48,063 nt of DNA from a virus (lineage: Duplodnaviria; Caudoviricetes), in the IMG/VR virus record IMGVR_UViG_3300020151_002484, positions 1-48,063 of that record, one strand, 5' to 3'. Positions 9,316 through 16,812 of the stretch are shown in pieces (positions within the stretch are counted from its first letter, which is position 1; the number at the start of each line of letters is the position of its first letter). The notes beneath the pieces were generated by a model. The model saw nothing but the letters and a program-made list of their open reading frames with translations, had not been told where the DNA came from and searched no databases. Both the position numbers and the translations under genes were made by a program.

Positions 9316-10088
9316 AAATAAGTCATGAAGTTCCATTATGTTTGTTAGAAGATAGTCTTGATTTTAATGACTATGATTATTGTTTAGTTCATCTTTTAGA
9401 TAAAGATAAAGACTATGTTGATTTCTTTATGAAGGCAAAACAACAAGGTCGTTATATTATTCTAGATAATTCACTTCATGAATTAGGAACAGCATACCAT
9501 GATTCAGGTCTACTACATTGGGTTGATAAATTAAGACCTAATGAATTTATTGTTCCTGATGTGTGGCAAGATACAAATGCCTCTATTGTTAATGCTAGAA
9601 AATGGTCTCAAATTCAACTACCTAAAGAAGTTACTAAAGTAGCAGTTGTTCAAGCTCAAAACTTTTTAGATGCTGTTTTGTGTTATCAAACATATAAAGA
9701 TTTAGGCTATAAAAAGATTGCGTTTTCTTATGGAGCTGAATATTATTTAAATCATTCTAGTCACCCAAATGAAAATATTGCAAAAGCATTAGGTAGGATT
9801 GAGGTAGTAAGTAGAATGTATAAAATAAATATAATTCAACCAAATGATAGAGTACATTTACTAGGCTGTCAGGTACCTCAAGAATTTAGTTGGTATAAAG
9901 ATATGCCGTTTATTGAAACAATTGATACATCAAATCCTATTATGGCTACTTTAGATGGTATGCAGTATGGTAGGAATGGTTTAACTGAAAAACCAAAATC
10001 AGATATGAACCATAATTTTTATACTACAGAAATTGATTATAACTTACTTGATTGGAATTTGAGAATGTTTAAAAAATTATTAAAATAA
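9312..10088 (+). CDS. Divergent TGT-fold protein, putative DNA 7-deazaguanine transglycosylase (DpdA-like)
   Basis: Ordered TGT-like motifs ILDNS (cf. DSGG), VPDV, AVVQ, RVHLLG, TIDTS. No CxCxxC zinc site of tRNA TGT. Lies upstream of queC/D/E/folE. Confidence 0.65.
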   Translation: MKISHEVPLCLLEDSLDFNDYDYCLVHLLDKDKDYVDFFMKAKQQGRYIILDNSLHELGTAYHDSGLLHWVDKLRPNEFIVPDVWQDTNASIVNARKWSQIQLPKEVTKVAVVQAQNFLDAVLCYQTYKDLGYKKIAFSYGAEYYLNHSSHPNENIAKALGRIEVVSRMYKINIIQPNDRVHLLGCQVPQEFSWYKDMPFIETIDTSNPIMATLDGMQYGRNGLTEKPKSDMNHNFYTTEIDYNLLDWNLRMFKKLLK

Positions 10089-10573
10089 TGCAAGTATTTT
10101 TACCATACCCAGACTTTAAAAAGTCACTTGAGTCTTTAGACAACAAACGTTTAGGCAAACAACGAGTAGAAACTTATCAATTAATTGCTGGTTTAGAAGG
10201 TAGACCAACATTAACTGGTAAAGCATATTCTAAAGGCCGCATTAACCACCCTATAAGCCAGATGTTTAGAAATAACATACCTGCATTAAAACAATACCTA
10301 AACGACTCTATAGACGTTTGGGTTGCTCGAGGTAAAAATAACACTATGAAAAAAGAGGTTATCACTGAAGAGATTGTTATGCCTGTTTGGTTTGGAGATG
10401 AAGAGTTTCATAAGTCTCATAGAGCAAATTTGTTAAGAAAAGATACTGTTTATTATGGAGAACATGGTTGGAATGATAATCCTGAATTACCTTACAGATG
10501 GTATGATATGAATAGAGAACAATGGTATGATCAAATAGCAGGAACTAAAGAAAAAATATATTTAAATAAATAA
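10088..10573 (+). CDS. Pyrimidine-dimer DNA glycosylase-like protein (DenV / MSMEG_6728-type)
   Basis: MQVFLPYPDF...LDNKRLGKQRVE...NHP...W.G...FHKSHRANLLRKD signature. Confidence 0.8.
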   Translation: MQVFLPYPDFKKSLESLDNKRLGKQRVETYQLIAGLEGRPTLTGKAYSKGRINHPISQMFRNNIPALKQYLNDSIDVWVARGKNNTMKKEVITEEIVMPVWFGDEEFHKSHRANLLRKDTVYYGEHGWNDNPELPYRWYDMNREQWYDQIAGTKEKIYLNK

Positions 10574-10577
10574 AGTT

Positions 10578-10805
10578 ATGAACATAGAAATCGAAATGGT
10601 ATCACTTTTTGACTACCTAAAAAAACCAGCAGGCCCAGAATTAGGTAAACAAGTATCACTTGCTGCTATGAATGAAAAGATTCATATTGAATCTAAACAA
10701 GTCTCCACTCCTAAATATAAAGGAAATATTTTAATGTATCCTAAAACATGGTTGGATGAATATTTTAATAAAACAAATAATGAATACCAAGAACTCTCCC
10801 TCTAA
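10578..10805 (+). CDS. Hypothetical protein
   Basis: 75-aa ORF with an AAAGTTATG start context, in the operon. Confidence 0.7.
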   Translation: MNIEIEMVSLFDYLKKPAGPELGKQVSLAAMNEKIHIESKQVSTPKYKGNILMYPKTWLDEYFNKTNNEYQELSL

Positions 10806-10941
10806 ACCGATGAAAGATATTAATCCGGCTTGGGAAGCAGAGATTAAAAAAACACTAGATGCTTTGTGGAAAAATAGATATCGCCTAAGTTTGGAAAATT
10901 TAGATCTTTTACGTAGATTAGCAAATAAAACAAAATTATGA
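10780..10941 (+). CDS. Small hypothetical protein (start uncertain: 10756, 10780 or 10810)
   Basis: Fills the gap before queC and overlaps its start (ATGA). Confidence 0.5.
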   Translation: MNTKNSPSKPMKDINPAWEAEIKKTLDALWKNRYRLSLENLDLLRRLANKTKL

Positions 10942-11807
10942 ATCAACAAGCAGTATTATCATTAAGTGGGGGAATGGATAGCTCCACATTGCTTCTTCAT
11001 CTGCTAGCTCAAGGAAATGAAGTAACAGCATTATCTTTTGATTATGGTCAAAAACATAATGTTGAATTAGAACGAGCTAAAGATTTAGTTAGTTATTTAA
11101 ATGCTCAACTTTATAAAGTTGGAGATAATTATGGAGTAATTAAACACCAAGTAATTAAACTTGATGGTTTAGCTCAATTACTTAATTCATCACTTGTAAC
11201 TGGTGGGGATGATGTTCCTGAAGGTCACTATGCTGAAGAAAATATGAAAGCAACAGTTGTTCCTAATCGTAATAAAATATTTAGTTCTATTATTCAAGCT
11301 GTAGCTTTGTCAATAGCTGAGTCTAAAAGAACAAATTGTAAAATTGCTATGGGTATTCATGCTGGTGATCATTCAATTTATCCTGATTGTAGACAAGAAT
11401 TTAGAGATGCTGATTTTGAGGCGTTTAAATTAGGTAACTGGAATGCAGAATATGTTAGACATTATACTCCGTATTTGCATACTGATAAATTTGGTATTTT
11501 AAAAGATGGTTTTAATTGTTGTAAACAATTAGGAATTGATTTTGATGAAGTTTATAAACGTACTAATACATCTTACAAACCAATGCAGCACACTGTTTAT
11601 TGGGAAGATACAAATGGTGATACTCAATCATCAACTGAATGGTTTTCAGATTACAAATCAGCATCATCTGTTGAACGTGTAGAAGCATTTATTAAACTAG
11701 ATATAAAAGATCCTGTACAATATGCTGACGAATTCGGACCAGTAACTTGGGAATTTGTAAAAAAATACGTATCTTCAGTATTAGATGATCACAAAAAGAC
11801 GATATAA
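10938..11807 (+). CDS. queC: 7-cyano-7-deazaguanine synthase
   Basis: PP-loop SGGMDS, FDYGQKH, TVVPNRN, YPDCR. The C-terminal zinc cysteines are absent. Confidence 0.93.
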   Translation: MNQQAVLSLSGGMDSSTLLLHLLAQGNEVTALSFDYGQKHNVELERAKDLVSYLNAQLYKVGDNYGVIKHQVIKLDGLAQLLNSSLVTGGDDVPEGHYAEENMKATVVPNRNKIFSSIIQAVALSIAESKRTNCKIAMGIHAGDHSIYPDCRQEFRDADFEAFKLGNWNAEYVRHYTPYLHTDKFGILKDGFNCCKQLGIDFDEVYKRTNTSYKPMQHTVYWEDTNGDTQSSTEWFSDYKSASSVERVEAFIKLDIKDPVQYADEFGPVTWEFVKKYVSSVLDDHKKTI

Positions 11808-12000
11808 AAAATCAGAACTGTACCCACAAATGTATGTTGTGGTTAATAAACATGGTGAAGTGTTTACTGGTCTACTTAAAGGATATACTCAATGGTCCTA
11901 TGATTGGTCTCAAGCTAAACCATTATTAAAAGAAAATACCTCTCGTCTCCTAGAGGAAAATTTTGGAGCAGAATTAATTAAAGAAGAAGAAATTATATGA
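11785..12000 (+). CDS. Hypothetical protein
   Basis: 71-aa ORF overlapping the queC end and coupled to the next ORF. Confidence 0.6.
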   Translation: MITKRRYKKSELYPQMYVVVNKHGEVFTGLLKGYTQWSYDWSQAKPLLKENTSRLLEENFGAELIKEEEII

Positions 12001-12152
12001 ACCACCCCGATCCAACACAACATCAATTAGTCAGCTTTTTAAAATCAGCTGTTAGAATTACAGGTTACGTTGCCTTACCCTTTGGTATTGGCCTTGGTGT
12101 AACTATTTTAGTTATTAGTGAACTTATAGGAATTATTGAAGAACTAGTATGA
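11997..12152 (+). CDS. Small membrane protein, 51 aa (not in ORF track)
   Basis: MNHPDPTQHQLVSFLKSAVRITGYVALPFGIGLGVTILVISELIGIIEELV. ATGA overlaps at both ends. Confidence 0.75.
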   Translation: MNHPDPTQHQLVSFLKSAVRITGYVALPFGIGLGVTILVISELIGIIEELV

Positions 12153-12394
12153 GAAAATTATTTTACTATAGTGCACCTTGGTGTCAACCATGTCAAACTT
12201 TAGGTCCTATTATGGATCAAGTAGCAAAAACAATTCCTGTTATTAAAGTTAATATAGACTATGAAGCTGATTTAGCTCAAAGAGCAAATGTAAGAGCTGT
12301 ACCAACAGTAATACTTGTAGAAGGTGAAACTGAGGTTCGTAGGTTTACAGGTGCAAGAAGTTTTAATGATGTAATACAATTTATCAATGGGTAG
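12149..12394 (+). CDS. Thioredoxin
   Basis: APWCQPC active site and cis-Pro VPT motif. Confidence 0.9.
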   Translation: MRKLFYYSAPWCQPCQTLGPIMDQVAKTIPVIKVNIDYEADLAQRANVRAVPTVILVEGETEVRRFTGARSFNDVIQFING

Positions 12395-12851
12395 TTTTAG
12401 ATCAACAAAAGTATTTGATGGTTACTCAACTTGTTTCCGTCAATGGAAAGCAGAAGGAACTCATTGTAAGTTTCTGCATGGTTATGGAGTAAGTTTTAAA
12501 GTATGGTTTGAAGGTGAACTTGATGAAAGAAATTGGGTATGGGATTTTGGAGGCATGAAACGCGCTAAAGGTACTATTGATGGTATGAATCCAAAAGCAT
12601 GGATGGATTATATGTTTGATCATACTGTTATTATATCAGTAAATGATCCTTATATTAATTTATTTAAACAAATGGAAATAGATGGTATAATCCAGTTGAG
12701 AATAATTAAAACAACTGGAGCAGAACAGTTTGCAAAATACATTTATGAAAAATTGAATACCTTTATTCAAGAAGAAACTAATGGACGTGTAAAAATAGTT
12801 CAAGTTGAATTTAGAGAACATGAAAAAAATACAGCATTTTATAAAGGATAA
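12387..12851 (+). CDS. queD: 6-carboxy-5,6,7,8-tetrahydropterin synthase
   Basis: HCKFLHGY, VWDFG, FDHT, GAEQFA, EHEKN T-fold motifs. Adjacent to queE. Confidence 0.88.
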   Translation: MGSFRSTKVFDGYSTCFRQWKAEGTHCKFLHGYGVSFKVWFEGELDERNWVWDFGGMKRAKGTIDGMNPKAWMDYMFDHTVIISVNDPYINLFKQMEIDGIIQLRIIKTTGAEQFAKYIYEKLNTFIQEETNGRVKIVQVEFREHEKNTAFYKG

Positions 12852-12853
12852 TT

Positions 12854-13645
12854 ATGACAACAGAAACTAAAAAACCAGGTCGTATTACTGACTACAATAA
12901 AAAATTACCTATTCTTGAAATCTATACTTGTATTCAAAGTGAAGGTTCAAGACAAGGACGCCCAACAGTAGCTATCAGAACAACAGGGTGTACTCATAGA
13001 TGTTGGTTTGGTGAAGGCGGGTGGTGTGATAGTTGGTATACAAGTATCCATCCAGAAAAAGGTATTTATACATTTAATGACATTATTAAGATCTACGATG
13101 AAAATCCTGAAATTAAAGAAATGATGTTGACTGGTGGTTCACCTACTATGCAGCCTGATCTTTGTAATGAATTAACTCACTTTGCTAACGAGCGTGGTAT
13201 ATGTATAACCATTGAAACAGAAGGTAGCCACTTTATTGAAACCGATTATCCGTTTGGGTTGGTATCTTTATCTCCAAAGTTTGCTAATTCTGTTCCTGCT
13301 CTTGACGTTACCACTCCAATGGGTAAGCTCGTGGATCAAAAAATGATTGACCAGCATAACAAACTTCGTTTGAATAAAGAGGCAATTCGTAAAACTTTAG
13401 ATTACCATACAGACTATCATTACAAACCAGTTTATGATGGACATAAAGGCACACTAGAAGAAATTGAAGCGTTTAGGGTTGAAATGAATATTCCTAAAAA
13501 CAAAACATGGTTAATGCCTGCTGGTGATACTAGAGAAGAACTAATTAAACAATACCCTATCAGTTTAGAAAAAGCATTTGAAATGGATTATAATTGGACA
13601 GGTAGAGATCATATCATAAGTTACGATACTAAGAGAGCTGTATAA
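12854..13645 (+). CDS. queE: 7-carboxy-7-deazaguanine synthase (radical SAM)
   Basis: IQSEG, RTTGCTHRC-x7-CDS, LTGGSP, TIETEG, SLSPK. Confidence 0.92.
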   Translation: MTTETKKPGRITDYNKKLPILEIYTCIQSEGSRQGRPTVAIRTTGCTHRCWFGEGGWCDSWYTSIHPEKGIYTFNDIIKIYDENPEIKEMMLTGGSPTMQPDLCNELTHFANERGICITIETEGSHFIETDYPFGLVSLSPKFANSVPALDVTTPMGKLVDQKMIDQHNKLRLNKEAIRKTLDYHTDYHYKPVYDGHKGTLEEIEAFRVEMNIPKNKTWLMPAGDTREELIKQYPISLEKAFEMDYNWTGRDHIISYDTKRAV

Positions 13646-14046
13646 TGGATTTATTATCTACCCACCCTGTTAAAAAATCAGATTTAGGCTTCCATGGTAA
13701 TCTATTTGGCGGTAAATTGCTTAGCTGGATAGATGCCGCGGTTGCTGCTTACGCAATGGAAAAATGCAGGAGTCAAAATATGATTACTATTGCTATGGAT
13801 AAGTGTGTTTTTCTAAAACCTGCTAAAGAAAAACAATTAGTTAAAATTTATGGTGAAATGATAAAAGTAGGAAATACATCTGCTACTTTTAATATTGAAG
13901 CAAGAGGATATAATGTGTTTAGAGGTGATGAAATTGTTTTATTAGCTACAAATATGACTTTTGTTAGAGTAGATGAAGAAGGAGTTCCAATTCCTATTTC
14001 AGAACAAGTTAGGAAAACATTTAATACCCCACCCTCAAAATTGTAA
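13645..14046 (+). CDS. Acyl-CoA thioesterase (HotDog fold, YciA-like)
   Basis: DLGFHGNLFGGKLLSWID, VGNTS, TFVRVD. Confidence 0.88.
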   Translation: MDLLSTHPVKKSDLGFHGNLFGGKLLSWIDAAVAAYAMEKCRSQNMITIAMDKCVFLKPAKEKQLVKIYGEMIKVGNTSATFNIEARGYNVFRGDEIVLLATNMTFVRVDEEGVPIPISEQVRKTFNTPPSKL

Positions 14047-14054
14047 TATTTATA
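14047..14054 (+). promoter_or_regulatory. TATTTATA motif before the start codon (candidate second promoter class)
   Basis: The same octamer sits in short intergenic gaps at 26074, 33921 and 46424. AT-richness makes chance hits likely. Confidence 0.4.
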
Positions 14055-14059
14055 ACAAT

Positions 14060-14635
14060 ATGAAAAAATTATTATTATTATTGTTTTTATTTCCTCTAGT
14101 TGCTTTTGCTCAAAGAGATTCAGTCTACATTAAAACAGATATTTTTACAGCAGTTTACTCAGAGATATTACAACAACCTAAATGGGTTACTTATACAGTA
14201 CAATGTCCTAATGGCAAAGCACCTCGTACAGGGATGGATTTTTATACTCAACCAGGACTAATTACTTCAGACAATGCTGATTATGCAGCTAATGTTTATG
14301 ATAAAGGCCACTGTGCTCCAGCGGCTGATTTTAATTGTACTAAAGAAATGTTATATAAAACATTCACTTATGTAAATTGTGTATTACAACATGAACGTTT
14401 AAATCGTGGTGTATGGCGTTTATTAGAATCATATGAACGTGACTTAGCCGCTGTTAATACAGTTAATGTAGAAATTAGAATGGTATATAGTAAAACATCT
14501 TTAAAATTACCTACAGGAGCTACAATACCTGATGGATTCTATAAAATAATTAAATTTGGAAATAAAGTTGAAAAATATTACTTTCCAAACACATCACCAA
14601 CTACAAGCGACTTTAAAAATTATTTAATAAAATGA
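14060..14635 (+). CDS. Secreted DNA/RNA non-specific endonuclease (NucA/Serratia family)
   Basis: Signal peptide MKKLLLLLFLFPLVAFA-Q from ATG 14060. DKGH active site and N..LQ..LNRGVW..LE. Confidence 0.9.
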   Translation: MKKLLLLLFLFPLVAFAQRDSVYIKTDIFTAVYSEILQQPKWVTYTVQCPNGKAPRTGMDFYTQPGLITSDNADYAANVYDKGHCAPAADFNCTKEMLYKTFTYVNCVLQHERLNRGVWRLLESYERDLAAVNTVNVEIRMVYSKTSLKLPTGATIPDGFYKIIKFGNKVEKYYFPNTSPTTSDFKNYLIK

Positions 14636-14877
14636 CCCCAAAATTAACTTTTTACTATCATGATGAATGCATGATGTGTGCTGATTTAAAACCTATTGTT
14701 CTTGAATTTAAAGATAACTTAGGAATTGAATTAATTAATACTTATGAAAATGAACTTTTAGTAGAAAATTTAGGTATTGCTTTTGTGCCTTGTTTAACTA
14801 TTGAAGATAAAAATGGACTTCATAAATTTGTTGGTCCACAAGAAATTAAAGAAGTTTTGAAAAAATTAGTTCTATGA
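14632..14877 (+). CDS. Thioredoxin/glutaredoxin-like protein
   Basis: CMMC CxxC motif and downstream VP. Confidence 0.7.
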   Translation: MTPKLTFYYHDECMMCADLKPIVLEFKDNLGIELINTYENELLVENLGIAFVPCLTIEDKNGLHKFVGPQEIKEVLKKLVL

Positions 14878-15377
14878 TAACTTTATTTACAGAAAGAGAA
14901 ATTAAAAACAAAGTAGGCGAAATTGCTTACAACATTAAAAAGAAACAACATAAACAACCTCCAGTATTCATTTGTGTTTTAAATGGAGCGTTTATGTTTT
15001 TTACAGACTTAGTAAAACAAGTAGGGGAGTGCCATATTGATTTTATTAGTGCTAAGTCATATGATGAAACCAAACAAGGTGAAATACGAATCCTAAAATC
15101 AATTACTATTAATATTGAAGGAAAAGATGTATACCTTGTAGATGACATCTATGATTCAGGTAACACTATGAATCGTCTAATTAAACACCTCCAATACCTT
15201 AATCCAAATTCAATTACTCCAGTAACATTATTTAAAAAACATTATTCAAACACAGATGGTTTGGTTTATGGTTTTGAATTAAAAGATGAACATTGGTTAG
15301 TAGGGTATGGTTTAGATGCTACTGATGGGACTAAAAGGAATCTTTCTCATATACTTGGCTACGTACCAGAAGATTAA
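14874..15377 (+). CDS. hpt: Hypoxanthine-guanine phosphoribosyltransferase-like protein
   Basis: CVLNGAFMFFTDL, SY loop, PRPP loop LVDDIYDSGNT, VGYGLD. Confidence 0.9.
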   Translation: MITLFTEREIKNKVGEIAYNIKKKQHKQPPVFICVLNGAFMFFTDLVKQVGECHIDFISAKSYDETKQGEIRILKSITINIEGKDVYLVDDIYDSGNTMNRLIKHLQYLNPNSITPVTLFKKHYSNTDGLVYGFELKDEHWLVGYGLDATDGTKRNLSHILGYVPED

Positions 15378-15383
15378 TATATT
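15354..15383 (+). promoter_or_regulatory. Conserved promoter YTWGG-N19-TATATT upstream of folE, overlapping the hpt 3' end
   Basis: CTTGG(15354-15358), 19 nt, TATATT(15378-15383). ATG at 15395. Confidence 0.7.
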
Positions 15384-15394
15384 AATAAAAAGTT

Positions 15395-16084
15395 ATGAAT
15401 AATAAAACATTTAAATTAGATTTAGAAGTAGTAAAAATGGGTTATGCTAATGGGGTTGCTCCTGGTTTTCCATTCACTGAAAAAGAAAAATGGGCAATGG
15501 TAGATGAAGCTGCTGAAGCATATGGTAAATTTTTAGATGCTTTAGGATGTGATTGGAAAAACGATCCTAATAGTTCAGATACACCTCGTCGTGTAGCTAA
15601 AGCCTATGTGTTTGATTTATGGAAAGGTCGTTATGATGCTATGTCTGAAATTACTTCATTCCCAAGTGATGGTTATGATGGTATTGTTATTGAACGTAAC
15701 ATTCCTCTTACATCAATGTGTTCACACCACCACCAAACAATTGGAGGTGTAGTTCATATTGGCTACATTGTAGGTGAAGGTGGTTCTGTAATTGGTTTAA
15801 GTAAATTAAATCGTATTGTAGAACATTTTGGACGTCGAGGAGCTATTCAAGAACAGCTTACATCAGCTATTCATCAAGCAGTAGAAAAGATTTGTGAAAA
15901 CAATAAAGGAGTTATTGTAACTATAGTTGCTACTCACAATTGTGTAAGCTGTAGAGGTGTAAAACATCAAGGTGCTTCAATGGTTACCACTAAAGCATCA
16001 GGAGTGTTTATAGATAATGCTAATCAAGCACGTAAAGAGTTTTTTGACTCAATTAAAATTAATAACGGAGGACATCAAATATAA
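15395..16084 (+). CDS. folE: GTP cyclohydrolase I
   Basis: DTPRRVAK, SMCSHH, GLSKLNR, IQEQLT, HNCVSCRG. Confidence 0.95.
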   Translation: MNNKTFKLDLEVVKMGYANGVAPGFPFTEKEKWAMVDEAAEAYGKFLDALGCDWKNDPNSSDTPRRVAKAYVFDLWKGRYDAMSEITSFPSDGYDGIVIERNIPLTSMCSHHHQTIGGVVHIGYIVGEGGSVIGLSKLNRIVEHFGRRGAIQEQLTSAIHQAVEKICENNKGVIVTIVATHNCVSCRGVKHQGASMVTTKASGVFIDNANQARKEFFDSIKINNGGHQI

Positions 16085-16254
16085 TGAAGTTAGGTAGTTT
16101 TGTTGAAACAGTAATTCGTATTATTACCTTTGGACAAGGCTACCGAATTACGTTATTTATAGCTAAAAAAATGGGCTATGATGATTGTGGTTGTAAAGCT
16201 AGAAAAGATAAATTAGATAAATTTTGGGACAAAGTTCTAAAAAAATTAAAATAG
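16084..16254 (+). CDS. Small protein with DCGC motif, 56 aa (not in ORF track)
   Basis: MKLGSFVETVIRIITFGQGYRITLFIAKKMGYDDCGCKARKDKLDKFWDKVLKKLK. TAATG overlap with folE and stop 1 nt before the next ATG. Confidence 0.7.
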   Translation: MKLGSFVETVIRIITFGQGYRITLFIAKKMGYDDCGCKARKDKLDKFWDKVLKKLK

Positions 16255-16255
16255 T

Positions 16256-16753
16256 ATGTTATTAAATTCAAACCAAATATCCAGTTACATTAAAGAATCA
16301 GAGTTTTCAAAACGCGCTCAAATAGGTATTGACTTATCAGCAGCTAAAATTGAACGTATTGATGTTGGTTCTGTTGTCTACAAAGACAAAACTCACATTG
16401 ATGCCTTAGGTTATGTTGAAATGCCTACAGTAAGTATTGATGGTAAAGAGTGTTGGCGCCTTGAAAAAGGTATTTACTCAATTACATTCAATGAAGGTAT
16501 TCATGTACCTAATGATTGCGCGGCTAAAATTACTCACCGTTCTTCTTTGTACCGTACAGGAACAATCATTGAATCACCATGGTGGGATCCAGGTTTTTAT
16601 TGTGACCAAATGAACACTACAATGATTGTTAACAGTGTTATTATTATTGAAAAGAATGCTAGGGTTGCTCAAATTGCTTTTTGGCGAGTTGAAGAAGTTG
16701 GAGAAACTTATGACGGTCAATGGCAAGGTTTAAACACTGCTTACAAACAATAA
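16256..16753 (+). CDS. Trimeric dUTPase / dCTP-deaminase-fold protein (more likely dUTPase)
   Basis: GIDL, RSSLYR, WDPGF, ARVAQ, YDGQWQ. No Glu is seen at the deaminase catalytic position after DPGF. Confidence 0.8.
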   Translation: MLLNSNQISSYIKESEFSKRAQIGIDLSAAKIERIDVGSVVYKDKTHIDALGYVEMPTVSIDGKECWRLEKGIYSITFNEGIHVPNDCAAKITHRSSLYRTGTIIESPWWDPGFYCDQMNTTMIVNSVIIIEKNARVAQIAFWRVEEVGETYDGQWQGLNTAYKQ

Positions 16754-16773
16754 TAAATTACTTTTGAAAGAAT

Positions 16774-16800
16774 AGGCTTGGTTTACCAGGCCTTTCTTGT
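16774..16800 (+). terminator. Hairpin plus T-rich run overlapping the polymerase promoter
   Basis: AGGCTTGG-ttta-CCAGGCCT (one G-U pair) followed by TTCTTGT. Confidence 0.55.
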
Positions 16801-16806
16801 TATATT
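16777..16806 (+). promoter_or_regulatory. Conserved promoter YTWGG-N19-TATATT upstream of DNA polymerase
   Basis: CTTGG(16777-16781), 19 nt, TATATT(16801-16806). ATG at 16813. Confidence 0.75.
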
Positions 16807-16812
16807 AACAGC

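Noticed and set aside
9312-16084. Queuosine tRNA-modification pathway as an auxiliary metabolic module
   Set aside because: No queF, queA or queG/H in the window, the TGT-like protein lacks the tRNA-TGT zinc motif, and the context is DNA replication. Not fully excluded without the rest of the genome.
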